Shown in pieces: positions 1 through 12,140 of a stretch of DNA of 64,000 bases; position 1 is the stretch's first letter; the number at the start of each line of letters is the position of its first letter. Below the pieces are notes generated by a model, which worked only from the letters and a program-made list of their open reading frames with translations, was not told the DNA's origin and ran no database searches. The stretch is taken from positions 180,234,001 through 180,298,000 of the forward strand of contig OX597816.1 of NCBI GenBank assembly GCA_951406725.2. The letters are read 5' to 3'. This DNA comes from Octopus vulgaris (Eukaryota). Both the position numbers and the translations under genes were made by a program.

Positions 1-240
1 GACATAATGCTTGATGTTGTGTAGTGAAATGTCGCTGCTTAACCACAGGTCAACTCTAATCTAATAGATATGATCGAAAGCAATCTAGTCATGACCATCT
101 TGTCTTTTCAGGGGTGTGTTGGACTATACACCTAATGTATTTTTGTCAGGCCTATCACACTAGGTGATTTTTAGTATTTTGGCATTGTTGTGCTCTGTGA
201 CAGGTCTTCATTTCCACAAGTTTTACTCATAAATATTAAA

Positions 241-290
241 TGGTGGTGGTGGTGGCGGTGGCGGTGGCGGCGGCGGCGGCGGCGGCGGCG
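241..290. repeat. (GGT)n/(GGC)n trinucleotide microsatellite
   Basis: Directly visible. Confidence 0.9.
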
Positions 291-304
291 ATGGTAGTTT
301 GGTG

Positions 305-500
305 GTATGTGTTGTTTAGCCGAAGGTCATCCCTGACTGAACTGAACTAAGAACAAAGGTATTCCAGCCATGATCATCCCATGGAATTACATTATCCACT
401 ATATCTATCCTTTATTGTTTGAGACCATAGGATGTGTGTTGAGGAAGATTTGACTACTGTTTCTAGCAGAGCAAGCAATCTTCATAGAGACTTCCTTGTT
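305..500 (-). mobile_element. Abundant degenerate SINE-like repeat (family D), representative copy
   Basis: Motif string tttagcc..aggtca.ccctga...tatgatcaaaggcattccagccatgaccatc...tttggctgctatttctagcagg recurs at ~30-140, 2440-2600, 2625-2800, 2900-3000, 3500-3550, 3815-3860, 4280-4380, 4515-4640, 10590-10770, 34240-34430 (reverse), 38780-39180, 51360-51730, 56100-56300 and 56460-56620. A (CAA)n-like tail sets the strand. Confidence 0.6.
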
Positions 501-529
501 GGTCATAGTCGTGTTAGAATGTTATTGGT

Positions 530-1015
530 GGTGGTCATCATCATTCATCATTGTTCGACCGTGGTTGAATCAATGGAATTTACCATGCTACACCAGACTT
601 CACGGTCCATCATGGCATTACGGAGGTCCTGTTGCTGGATGCCTGTATCCCTGGAGATTACATCAGGGTAGGAGAGTGTGCGCCCTCTGGTATTGCGAGT
701 AGATGGCTTCCAGAGGAGAAGAGTAGAAATTACCTCTTTTTCAGCTCTACAACAATGTCCAGCAAACTGGACTCTCCTACCTTTCACAAGAGATGACACA
801 GGTTGTAGTTTCCCATATATTTGCATTTTGGTTGGATGACGCTTCCACGAGAGATTTTGAGCTCTCATAAGGAGGCGAGTGTAGGTTCCATCCAACTGCC
901 TCTCAAGCTTCTTTTATAACGTCCAGGTTTCTGAGCCATATAGTAGAATTGGTTCGACTGTGGCTTTGAAGATTTCAAGTTTGAAGTCTCTATTTAGATT
1001 TGATGACCAGATCTT
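530..1015 (-). mobile_element. RTE/RTEX-clade LINE, 5'-truncated 3' end (RT C-terminus)
   Basis: Minus strand reads KIWSSNLNRDFKLEIFKATVEPILLYGSETWTL*KKLERQLDGTYTRLLMRAQNLSW...FAGHC..., with a (TGA)n-like tail at ~535-550 and one in-frame stop. Confidence 0.9.
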
Positions 1016-1351
1016 GGTGGTGGTGGTAGTATTAGTGGCAGTGATAATAGTGTTGGAGGTGGTAATAGTAATGTCGGTGATGATGGTGGTTGTAACAATA
1101 GTTGTAGTGATGGTAGGACAAGTGGTAGAACTAAGCTTCAGAAGTAAGAACCCTGTACGGCACCTATTACTAGTTCTTAATAGCAGTGCCTACAGCTCCC
1201 CTGTGTGTGCACCCACCCATGCATACACATGCCTATCAGTTCGCTTACCAGAAAGGCCTTACAGGCACCCACTTGTTCCTAGATCTTGCTCTGCTTCACT
1301 AATTGCAGACATATAACATTTACATACATATATACATATATCTTTATAGAT

Positions 1352-1775
1352 GCAGGCATAGGTGTGTGGTAAGGGTCTTGCTTTCCAATCACATGGTTCC
1401 TGGTTCAGTTCCACTTGGTCCTGTTGCTGGATGCCTGTATCCCTGGAGATTACATCAGGGTAGGAGATCAAATCCTTGTTTGTGGACTTGGTAAGCAGAA
1501 ACTGAAAGCTTGTTACATATGTGTGTGTGTGTGTGTGTGTCCTTGCCTTGACATCATGTGATAGTTATAAGTGGGGGTGGGTAACGTTGTCATACAAGCA
1601 TTGTCATCATTCATTTCCAGTATTCTGCGAGAACATGTCTATCTGCTGGCGAATATTACTTTGCTTCGAAAGATGTGAGGGTTGGTGAAAGGAGGGACAT
1701 CTGGTTGTAGAAAATCTGCATCAGTAAACTCCATCTGACCCACACAAGCACGAAAAAGTGGATGATATATGATGA
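1352..1775 (+). mobile_element. tRNA-derived SINE (family A head) with RTE-type 3' tail
   Basis: Head gcaggcataggtgtgtggtaag...ggttcagttcc (A/B boxes), internal (TG)n, tail gacccacacaagcacgaaaaagtggatg...tgatgat shared with RTE LINE 3' ends. Confidence 0.75.
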
Positions 1776-1844
1776 TTTTTACACACAGACACACACACAC
1801 GCACACATAAAATTGATGTTTGTTTTATGTTTATGAGCAAGTGT

Positions 1845-2185
1845 CTTATATAATATAATGGAATTACTGTATACAGTGCTCAGGTGCACCACAACTTGTC
1901 AGAGTATATGCAGTAATGTACAAATATTTGGAAAGCGAACAATGCATGAGTCAGATATATGCTTGTGTGTGTATGGAGGGGAGAAAATCAGGTGTAGTGT
2001 TGGCGAATCTCAGAAAGCATAGAAGTTTTGAAGGATGCAGTGCTCCGACAACTAACAACTGATGCCGGCAGTTTGTTCCATGCTTCAGCAACTCTCAGCA
2101 TCAAAAAATGTTTCCTGAAGTCATGGGAGCTGTGCTGTTTTCTGACTTTGTGACTATGTCCACGGGTGTTAGATGGGTGGAGTTC
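1845..2185 (-). mobile_element. CR1-type LINE 3' fragment
   Basis: Minus strand ELHPSNTRGHSHKVRKQHSSHDFRKHFLMLRVAEAWNKLPASVVSCRSTASFKTS...*, matching the CR1 ORF2 C-terminal TRGH...WNxLP..VV...FK signature, followed by a 3' UTR. Confidence 0.85.
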
Positions 2186-2242
2186 TACTATAACCTTGGG
2201 CCAATCAAAGCCTTGTGAGTGGATTTAGAAAGACGTGTGTTG

Positions 2243-2324
<82 letters not shown>

Positions 2325-3029
2325 TGTGTGTGTGTGTGTATATATATGTATGTATCTGTGTCTGCATTTGTGGCACAGACTTCACAGACTAGGTGAGGAA
2401 CTGATGATGGTGTTGGTGTTGTTGGTGTCATTTCGATGTTGCTTATCCAGTTCAGTCCTGACTGAATACACATGTCCAAAAACATTCCAATAGTGACCAT
2501 CCCATATAAACATTCTCTTTTTAAAATGCCAGGATGAGAGTTAAGTTTTGGCTGCTATTTCTAGCAGGTCAAGTAACTTCAGAGATAGCTCTCTTACCAT
2601 GTTGTCTTCCTTATTGTTGCTGTTTAGCCCCAAGTGAGTGTTATAATTACAGATGTTCCAGCCTTGACCATCTCACTTTTTCATGGCTGTCTAGAACTAT
2701 AATTTCTAATGTATTTTCCTTTCTAAAACATTAGAGTCCAATGTTAAGGAGATTTAGTTGCTATTTCTAGCTGGTCAGACAATCACCTAGAAGTTCCTTT
2801 GTCATGTTTGGTGTTGTTATTGGTTTTAGCTGGTGTTAGTATTCAACCGAGATCATCTGCAGAATTCAGTTTCCCCTCATGACTATGTAGAAATATGCTA
2901 TCCCATGTGTTCTTTCTTTTTAAGGCAGGTATAATTTTAGGGATGTTTGGCTACTATTTTTGGTAAATTGATTGTCCATGTAGTGGCTGCCGCATTGGCT
3001 TCTTCTTCTTCTTCTTCTTCTTCTTCTTG

Positions 3030-3063
<34 letters not shown>

Positions 3064-3867
3064 AGAGAGAGAAAGAGAGTGCAGTGAACTTTTAGATTCT
3101 AAAAATGTTTCTGTTGTTTATGAATTTGTTGGAGCCTTGGAGGCATTTCAGATTCTGGATTTCCTTATTGGTTTTCAGGTATGTAATGGAAGAAAGGGGT
3201 CAAGGCTATAGTCTGGATGAAACATGTGTATCCTGTGCTTTAGTTTTCTCACTCTTTTTTTTAAGTGCATTTAGAGAAGTGTTTGATAAGGAGATTTGTG
3301 GGTTATTGAAGTGCTGGTATATACTACTTAAAGTTATTATTTTTCTGTGTCTGTTGTGGAGGATTATTTGTGTCTAATGTTACACTACTTATTTCCTAGT
3401 TCATATCGGATACAAATGTGTGCCAGGTTTTGCCTGCTTTTCTTTATCTTTTCATTTTCTTGTTCAGTTGTTTGATGCTGTGTTTTATTTCTGTTGTCGT
3501 CCTTGATCAAACGTATCTATGATCATGAAGGCATTCCAACCGTGACCATTGCGTTTTTCAGGGGCTAGATACCCTTTTGTTGCCTGCTGTTGGTGTGTTT
3601 CATTTGGGATTAATCCCCATTTTTATCCAGATGGTTCTTTCAGTTATGTAGTCAAGGTTTCATTTTGCATGTGTTTCATGTTGCTTTGTGGGAAAGTTTG
3701 TTTTCGGATGTATCCAGTTGTTAGTCATCATCATCATCATCATCATCATCATCTTTTAACGTCCCTTCTATGCAGTAAATGTTGGTGACTGTAATTGTTG
3801 CTATTCTTGTTTTCATTTAAACCCAGGTCAACTCTGATCAAAGATATTCCAACTCTGACTTTTTTTT

Positions 3868-4263
3868 GTTTTTGTTTCAGTCATTTTGACTGCGGCCATG
3901 CTGGAGCACTGCCTTTAGTCGAGCAAATCAACTCCAAGGCTTATTCTTTGTAAACTCAGTACTTATTCTATCGGTCTACATTGCCGAACTACTAAGTTAC
4001 GTGGATGTAAATATACCAGCATCGGTTGTCAAACGATGTTGGTGGTGGTGGGTGGACAAACGCAGACACACAAACACACACACATACATATGTATATATA
4101 CGACGGGCTTCTTTCAGTTTCTGTCTACCAAATCCACTCACAAGGCTTTGGTTGGCCCAAGGCAATAGTAAAAGGTACTTGCCCAAGGTGCCACGCAGTG
4201 AGACTGAACCTGGAACCATGTGGTTGGTAAGCAAGCTGCTTACCACACAGCTACTCCTGCACC
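3868..4263 (-). mobile_element. Full-length tRNA-derived CORE-like SINE (family A)
   Basis: A box TAGCTGTGTGG and B box GGTTCAGTCTC on the minus strand, CORE-like caccttgggcaagt, internal microsatellite, tail aaggcagtgctccagcatggccgcagtcaaaatgactgaaac. Confidence 0.9.
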
Positions 4264-4817
4264 TATAGGAGCATCTAAGTTTGTATTACTTAATATGTTC
4301 TATCTATTTTAAGACAATGGTATGAGACTGAAGTGTTATTTGGCTGCCACTTCCAGCAGGTCGAGTAATTATGTAGAGCAGGAATGGGCAACCTTTTTTG
4401 AGAAGTGGGCAGTGTGAAACATGGTTCATCATCAGGCATGCCATTCATAAAGTCCCATGGGCTCATGACTAATGTAGAGGCTTCTTCATGTTTAAGGGAT
4501 GATGACTATGATGTGTAACTCCAGGTCAGCCCTGATTGAGCACACTTTTGGTCAAAGGCAATCTGGCTTTGTTTTGTATATAATTCTTCCTATGTGCCTA
4601 TCTTTATTTAAAACAGTGGCCTGTGATCCGTGGGAGACTGGCTGCTATTTTTGGCAGTCATTTTATATACAAACATGTTGTTTGTGGTTTAGGGTGGGCA
4701 TGGATATTTTCCAGTTTGTGTTATCTTCTCTAATTTTTTGTATATGGACAGTTGACTCTTTCTACTTGGGTTATCTTCTTTGTAGGCTAGCACTAAAAAC
4801 ACTGTAGATGGAATTAA

Positions 4818-5036
4818 CCTTTTAGCATTCAGATTTCTCTGTCAAATGTAATGCTTATTCATTCACATTGTTTTGAATTAATCCATGCATTACTTTGTAG
4901 CTTTAAGATTTCAACACTGTGTTTGTGTATTTTTAGAATGACACTGTAGGATAAGTGTGAGAGTTTGGATGTGGTCAGTTTTAACATAAAGCAGGTAGAA
5001 TGTGAGCCAGTTATGGCTGGATTAATTGCTGAAGGG
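4818..5036. mobile_element. piggyBac-type MITE (~220 bp)
   Basis: TTAA on both sides (4814-4817, 5037-5040); termini CCTTTTAGCA...TGCTGAAGGG; same internal sequence as copies at 6270, 38835 and 57147. Confidence 0.8.
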
Positions 5037-6269
5037 TTAACAGATGATGGTGGTGGTGGTGTTAAAAGGATTATGAATGAAGGAATATTACTTGGACAAA
5101 GTCAAAAAAACTTTAGGAGTTGGGTTTCACAGAATCAATTGAAAGGCAGTTATGAAAATATACAAATAGAATGAAATGAGTTGTCTCACCTAGGGCTAAT
5201 CAAAGCACCCCATGCATCCAGGATTACTTTGACTACCAAATGCCAGTGCCCTTTTCAAGCTGTGTTCTTCAGCCAGCATGTGCATTAAAGTTAACTATCT
5301 TTAACAAACTACTGCTTCCAAACAATCCAGCAATGTGCTGCTTAAAAACTGGACTTATCTGCCTAGGATTCAAAAACCCATATCTATCATGAACTATATT
5401 TGTGACTTTGCTTCCATGCCATGCCTCTGCTTGGACCCACTCAATGCTTTTGTTCCATCATGTCTAAGCCTTAACACTGATAATACAACCTTCATATTTT
5501 CTCATTGAAGAAATGGTCAAGAACCATTTTTGCCACTATCCTGTCAGTTGTAATGCTTTTTCTAATCACCTCTTCACATCTAGTAATGAGCACTCCTAAT
5601 CTATTGTTTTATATTACTAATTTTTTGCTGTATTTTCTCATTTCGTCTCTAGTAACTATCTTCAGAGAGGCCCACCACTAGTTGCTGAGAATTCCCTCTA
5701 TTTTCTCCCACATAACTACTTTATTGGGTTTTCTGTCTGTGTGTCCATCTTGAGTTGTATGTGTAGATCAAAAACTCGTGGTCTCTGTAGTTGACCAGTT
5801 GGACACTGTATGCTACTCTCATCTTCTAACCTAACAACTATTCTATCTTGATGCAATCTAAATGACATGATGCAGTTAACATTTGAGAAATTCAGTCAAA
5901 ACCATTCACACAATATGTACTGTCTGCACAAATCTACAAGAAATTTAAAGTTTTTATTAATGGTAGAAGATTATAAGTTTATACAGTTTAGGGATGAATA
6001 TAGTAAAATATATTGAACCCAGTACTTCAATGATTCTTATTTTACCAGCACTTAAGGAGTGGAAGACAAAGATGATCCTGATGGAATTTGAACTTAATGT
6101 GTAAATATTTTCTTCCTTATGTCTTTTATTGTTGGTGATCCCTAACATTTAATAAAAGTGGTTCCAAATAATCAGAGTATTAGCAGTGTTATTGAAGTAA
6201 ATATTGTTCTGTTGTTTGAGGAAGTGAGTTAGCTGTTGGAACCATTTGATGCTGCAGAGAAAGGCTTAA

Positions 6270-6491
6270 CCCTTTAGTGTTCACATTATTCTGCCAAAAT
6301 TAATCTTTCTTTATCCACATTGCTTTGAACTAATCATTCATTAATCTCGTAGCTTTGAGATTTTGATGTGGTAGCTGTTAATTTTTAAAACAATATTGTA
6401 GGGTTGGTGTGAGAGACCAGATCTGACCAGTTTGAACATAAAACAGGAAGAATGCTTTTGGCCGGATATGGCCGGTTTAAATGCTAAAGGC
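6270..6491. mobile_element. piggyBac-type MITE
   Basis: TTAA|CCCTTTAG...GCTAAAGGC|TTAA. Confidence 0.85.
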
Positions 6492-6839
6492 TTAAACATC
6501 ATAACTTCTAATTTTCCATTTTCTAAAAGTATTGTAGTTTTGAGTTCATATTACATCTAGTATGCTTTCCATCGGTGACTATTGTCACATTTGTCACGAT
6601 TGCCAACTCCACCATTATCACCACCATAACCATCACCAACTGTATTACCATCACTATAATTGCTAATGAGGAATCCTCTTCACAGTCACTCAAATTCAAA
6701 GAAATAGCTGTCAGTTCTCCCTCAAATAGCATCTCATTGTCTGAAAAAAAAAAGGGAAATGAGATAATATAGTGTAGAGTATACTGTTTCTGAGAGAAAA
6801 ACAAGCTTGTTAATAAGCAGGAATGATGACTGGACCTTG

Positions 6840-7440
6840 ATATCATCAGGGATACAGTGTTGCTTGCTATTCAGACAAAGAGCAAGTATAAATTCCGTTT
6901 GCTTTAACCAATTTAAGGATTGCAGGCCAATAGAAAAATGAACTTTGTATGCAGCAGATGCCACTGGAGCAGTATGTACTATGAGTGTATTAGTGAATGC
7001 CTGGATGGCTCACTAGAAGTATTTGATAGCATCTATTATCTAAGAAACATACTTAACAGGTGAAATGATACTCTGAAAGTTTAATAGCTAGATTAAGAAT
7101 GAGTTGGAAAAAGTACTCCTTCAGAGTGAAGAGTAGATTGTATGGTGCTTGTATTAGATGTGCAATGCCTGATGGTTTCAAGACATGGGTCTTCAATACA
7201 GAACATTTAGGAAAATTAAAATGAAACAAAACTAGCATGCTTAAATAGATTGGCAGAGTAGAAATGTGCTAAGAGACAAACTGAATAGGAGGGAAGTCAG
7301 GTATTGAATGCAAGGCAGGAGGTTATGCTGCTATGGGCTGGTTATACTTGTTGAGGGGTAACTACTGCATACAAAATTGCCAAGTATTCCAAATTAAGGA
7401 AACCTGAGAGAGAGAAAGAGATCATAGTAAACTTGAGACA
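6840..7440 (+). mobile_element. Highly decayed RTE LINE RT C-terminal fragment
   Basis: Frameshifted remnants LEVFDSIYYL, ESLIARLRMSWKK, SFRVKSRLYGACIRCAM..GFKTW, resembling RTE LEVVDSFCYLG/ARIRxGWKKF/SLRVKGRLYDACVR..GSETW. Confidence 0.6.
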
Positions 7441-7589
7441 ATGTAATGAAAGATAACCTATCTTAACAAAAGACTTACTGACTGGAAAAAGGTAGTGCTA
7501 CAACAGCAGCCATCCCCTCCAGTAGCAAAATGCAACCTAACACAAGATTAGGATTTAGAGGTTTTTACATATATGCGCCCCCCTCCCTC

Positions 7590-7770
7590 CAAATCATCAT
7601 CATCCTGTTAACATCCACTTCCCCATGTTTGCATGGGTCAGAGAGAATTTGTTAAAGCAGATTTTCTGCGGTTGGATGCCATTGTTGCCATCCCCGCCTG
7701 TTTCCAAGTAAGGTAATACTTTTCCTTGACTGGACATTTTCATGCAATGTCAAGGCAAGGTTACAGCACA
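7590..7770 (-). mobile_element. SINE 3' half with RTE-type tail
   Basis: catcatcatc..ttaacatccacttccccatgtttgcatgggtcaga is the reverse of the tail at 1735-1775. Confidence 0.65.
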
Positions 7771-7796
7771 CACACAAACACATATATATATATATA

Positions 7797-7835
<39 letters not shown>

Positions 7836-7837
7836 CT

Positions 7838-7996
7838 AGTTAAAAAACAGCGATCTAATGGATACAAATTAATTTATTAATTAATCAACAAATTCACCTT
7901 CAATTGTTTCATTTCACAAAATTTGTGAAATGAAACAATATGTTAAGTAATTAATAAGTTAATTTGTATCCATTAGATCTTTCTGTTTTCCAACTC
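7838..7996. repeat. Long imperfect palindrome (hairpin)
   Basis: 18-bp perfect inner arms 7903-7920/7922-7939 with a 1-nt loop; 21-bp perfect outer arms 7852-7872/7959-7979. Confidence 0.9.
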
Positions 7997-8174
7997 AATA
8001 ATAACATTTGATATTTTATGATATTTTATATGATATATTCATTGAAGAAATATCTCTTCAAAATATAACATATTAAACCAGTTTATCTTGGATAAAATAC
8101 CCCTATAAGAGGTTTAAATATCATCATTATGACTAATATATATATATATGCGTGTGTGTGTGTGTGTGTGTATG

Positions 8175-9150
8175 AATAAACAAGGGTACAAATTAGTACT
8201 TGCAATTGCTAGAAATAAGAGTAAAAAAAGACTCAAATAGCCACAAAGCTCTAACCTCATGAAATTGATGGAATGCGAATGAGCAAGCAAGCTAAAAGCA
8301 CCTTTCTATGGTGAGATGAGGTCACAAAATGAAGTGCACAGACATATCCTTATCATGTGATTTTGAACTCTGGTCATTATGATCTTCTTTGTTATCAGAT
8401 GGTCTTACTGGTACTCTAGATTAAAAAAGGGTAGCATGCCTCGTACAAACTTATGAGAAAAATCATTGAAAGTGAGCCCTAAATTCAAATGATCAAAGTG
8501 TGTAGTATAGCTACAATAAGATATTATAACATATTAATATTATAATATATTAATATGTATTTTGTGCTCACTTTCAATGGTTTTTCTCATGAATTTGTAT
8601 GAGGCATGCTACCCTTTTTAACCCAGAGTACCAGATAAAATCCTCTAAGAAGAAACAACATCATAATGATCAGAGCTCGAAATCACGTGATAAGGATATG
8701 TCTGTATATTTCATTTTGTGAGTTTATCTCACCATCGAAAGGTGCTTTTAGCTTGCTCATTCACAGTCCATCAATTTCGTGAGGTTAATGCTTCGTGGCT
8801 ATTCAAGTCCTTTTTTGACTCATATTTCTAGCAATTGCCAGTACTAATTTGTATCCTTGTTTATCAACTTGTCTTTAGGTTTTAATTGCTAACGAACCAC
8901 CTAAGTTATAATGTATCTAATATATTTTATTTAATATATTAGAAATGTTATAATATTGTATTTATACTATACACTTTGACCACTTGAATTTAACACTCAC
9001 TTTCAACGGTTTTTCTCATAGGTTTGTACAAGGCATGCTACCCTTTTTAACTTGGAGTACCAGTAATATCCTCTGATGAGAAACAAGATCATAATGATCA
9101 GAGTCTTAAATCACATGATAAGGATATATTTGTATACTTCATTATGTTAT
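8175..9150. mobile_element. Penelope/retrozyme-like non-coding repeat array (one inverted and two tandem ~430-bp units) carrying hammerhead motifs
   Basis: Unit A 8175-8530 (-) is the reverse complement of units B (8565-~8940, +) and C (~8945-9150, +). The B-to-C period is ~429 bp (ctcactttcaa at ~8567 and ~8996). The array is bounded by (TG)n and (TA)n. Confidence 0.75.
9066..9127 (+). ncRNA. Minimal type-I hammerhead ribozyme motif (degenerate)
   Basis: Stem I atatcct/aggatat, core CTGATGA (9073-9079), stem II with gatcat-a-atgatc hairpin, (G>T)AAA, near-palindromic stem III tcacatga, TA cleavage dinucleotide. The sibling at 8640-8697 retains GAAA-tcacgtga-TA. Confidence 0.7.
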
Positions 9151-9159
9151 AACTTATTG

Positions 9160-9214
<55 letters not shown>

Positions 9215-10012
9215 GTATGTACAAGTGAGCAGACAAATAAAAGAAGGGCACTCAACAAATTTATTGGGAGTTACATGTATGGACCAAATTTGAAATGGCT
9301 GACAACTAGCATCACACTTGAAATTCAAGAGTATCAATGAATTTGAATCAAACTATTTTGATCCAAAAGTATACGAATATATATATATTGGTCTTGATTA
9401 CATACAAAATGACCAATAGCCAGTCCACAGCAAATGTTCTCACTCATTTGCTTAACACCTCATGAAAAGATAAAATAGGCTCCATGAACAGATATTTTAG
9501 TTATTGATACTATTATTCATATATTTATCTATCTTTACCCATAGTGATGAAGAGTGGGTAAGGACCAAAAGAGTACAACCGCAAAGGGGCCTAAGTGGGG
9601 TTCCTCCGAAGAGTCTCTGGAATAATGTTACTTGGAAGAGTAATGTTACCTGGAGATCAGAGAATCTCTCTAGGTCAAGCCATGATTTATCCACAGTTAG
9701 AGATCATACTTCAGGTACCATTAACATGTGATTAGAATGTTACATTAAAGAATCTCAAGACAAATTCAAGTTGAGCCAACTGGCAGGAAACCAAGAATGA
9801 GATGGTTGAGTAATATCCATTGTTTCAATTGGTCACACTTAGGAATCCATCTGGAAAATCTAATCACAGTTGCTTCTGATTGAACCTAATGGAGGAGTAA
9901 CTGAGGACACTGCACCCATAACACATCTAGAAATAGTGAGCGGAGAAGATAGCTGGATGGATATCTATTTGCATGTGCATCCTCCAAATAAGTCACATAC
10001 TTACAGAATAAC

Positions 10013-10495
10013 ATCATCATCATCATCATCATATGTCTGTTTTCCATGCTGGCATGGATTGGATTGTTTGACCAGAGCTGGCAAGCCAGAGAGCTGCACT
10101 AAGTTCCAGTCTGATTTGGCATGGTTGCCACGGCTGGATTCTTATCTAACACCAGCCACTGTGTGCTGGGTGCTTTTATGTGGCACTACACAAGCACTTG
10201 TACATGGCACCATCACAAGCACTTTACACATAGCGCCAACACAGGACTCTTTCAGGCCAATCCTCTTCATTGGGGGAAGCAACCGTAACACTTCTGCTGT
10301 GGGTACAGGTCTTCTTGAGTACAGCAATGCACCAAGTATCTTGATCCTTTGTCATTTGCAACTGAAAGGTTCAGTATTCTGAGGTTGTCCTTCAGTACTT
10401 TGTCCATGTCTTCCTGGGTCTCTCTTTTCCATGTGTTCCATCTACTTTGAGCTGTTAGGATCCATTTACATCACATGACCAAACCAGTGTAATGT
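10013..10495 (-). mobile_element. RTE LINE 3' end (ORF end, 3' UTR and (TGA)n tail)
   Basis: Minus strand LHWFGHVM...LKVDGTHGKERPRKTW, typical of the RTE C-terminus; tail ccatgccagcatggaaac...tgatgatgat. Confidence 0.8.
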
Positions 10496-11056
10496 CTGCA
10501 AACTTGTCCTCTTGAATGAATAAGTGATGGATCCTTATTTCCTTCCAGTACAGCATGAGCAGTTTAATATCTGATTTTTAATGGTTTTATTATTGTTTAG
10601 TCCCATGTTATTCCTGAACAAGCTTATAATCAAAGGCATTCCATCCATGACCATCTTGTCTTTTGTATGTCAGTGATTATATTCTCTAATGTATCAGTCT
10701 TTAAGTTGGTTGCTGTGTGGAGGGGAGATTTGGCTGTTGTTTTAACATATAGAAACTACCTTGTTGGCTTCTGGCTTCTCCTTTGCAGTAGTAATGGGTG
10801 GGGAACAGGTTCTACAAGACACCAGTTGTTGGTTCCAAAGGAGCTGCTATATCATTTCACATGAGTAACTATATATGCATTTGAGATCAATGCCATGCTT
10901 TCACACCTCTCAATATCCTCAGTGAACTGTTGCAGATCTGTCATGTCTAGATTGTGGTGGTACACACACACACACACACATGTACATGTGTGTAAGTCAA
11001 TCTCTCTGAATCTGTCTTTCTCCCTCTCCCTATCTATCCATCTCTCCATCTCTCTC

Positions 11057-11087
<31 letters not shown>

Positions 11088-11096
11088 GTCTATCTG

Positions 11097-11127
<31 letters not shown>

Positions 11128-11912
11128 GAGAGACCGACAACAGACAGAGAGTGGCAGGCTAACTATTGTTGTGACTTTGCAACCACTCCTCTTTCATCAA
11201 AGCTTCAACTAAGTTGACAATGTTCTATTTCCTGTTCCCATTTTCCTGCTCGCCTCTGCTCAATTGTCCGTATGTGTTTATCTGCCAATCGCACAAAAGC
11301 AATACTCTCTTTCCCCTCTCTCGTTCTCCCTATTACTCCTTTCCAAGTCAGGCAGTTGAGGGGGGATTGGTGGTGAGTTGTCAGGCAAAATGGATATATT
11401 TGGGTTTAGGTTTTCTTTTTCTAAGTTGGGAATGGATGGACAGGTAGATGGACAGAATAGATGGACAAGCAGTTAAGCAAATGGATGGATTTGACAAACA
11501 ATCAGTGAGGTATGAAAATAGGTAGACACTTGGCTGGCATAGTCTTAGATGTCTATGTACAAAGACTTGTATCGATTATGTGACCTGAATGTCACTGCAT
11601 GAAGTTAACACCTACACACTTCACCTATTTAGCTAACTAGTTCTAGTATTTCTATGAGCAGCAGTTTAACTATCACCCTATATCTGACTATTACTACTAC
11701 TACTACTACTTATTACGACTACTTACGTGGTGTGTAGAGGTGTGTTGGAAGTAATGAAGTGCTTTCTTAAAGATAGTCACAGCACATACATGTATATTCA
11801 TAAACCTACTTACAGCTGAACTCACAAATATACACACATGCACATATGAGAGAGAGGGGAAAGGGAGGGAGAAAAATTATATATGTGTGTGTGTGTGTGT
11901 ATGTATGTATAT

Positions 11913-11964
<52 letters not shown>

Positions 11965-12090
11965 TAGAAAAATTGAGGTAATCAGATCAGATGGTTCATA
12001 TTTGTAGATATTTATTTATATATTACATTTTTTACATATATATCATATCATTCGGATTAGCCCTTGCTCCCATTCTAGTGGGTTTTCAAA

Positions 12091-12140
<50 letters not shown>

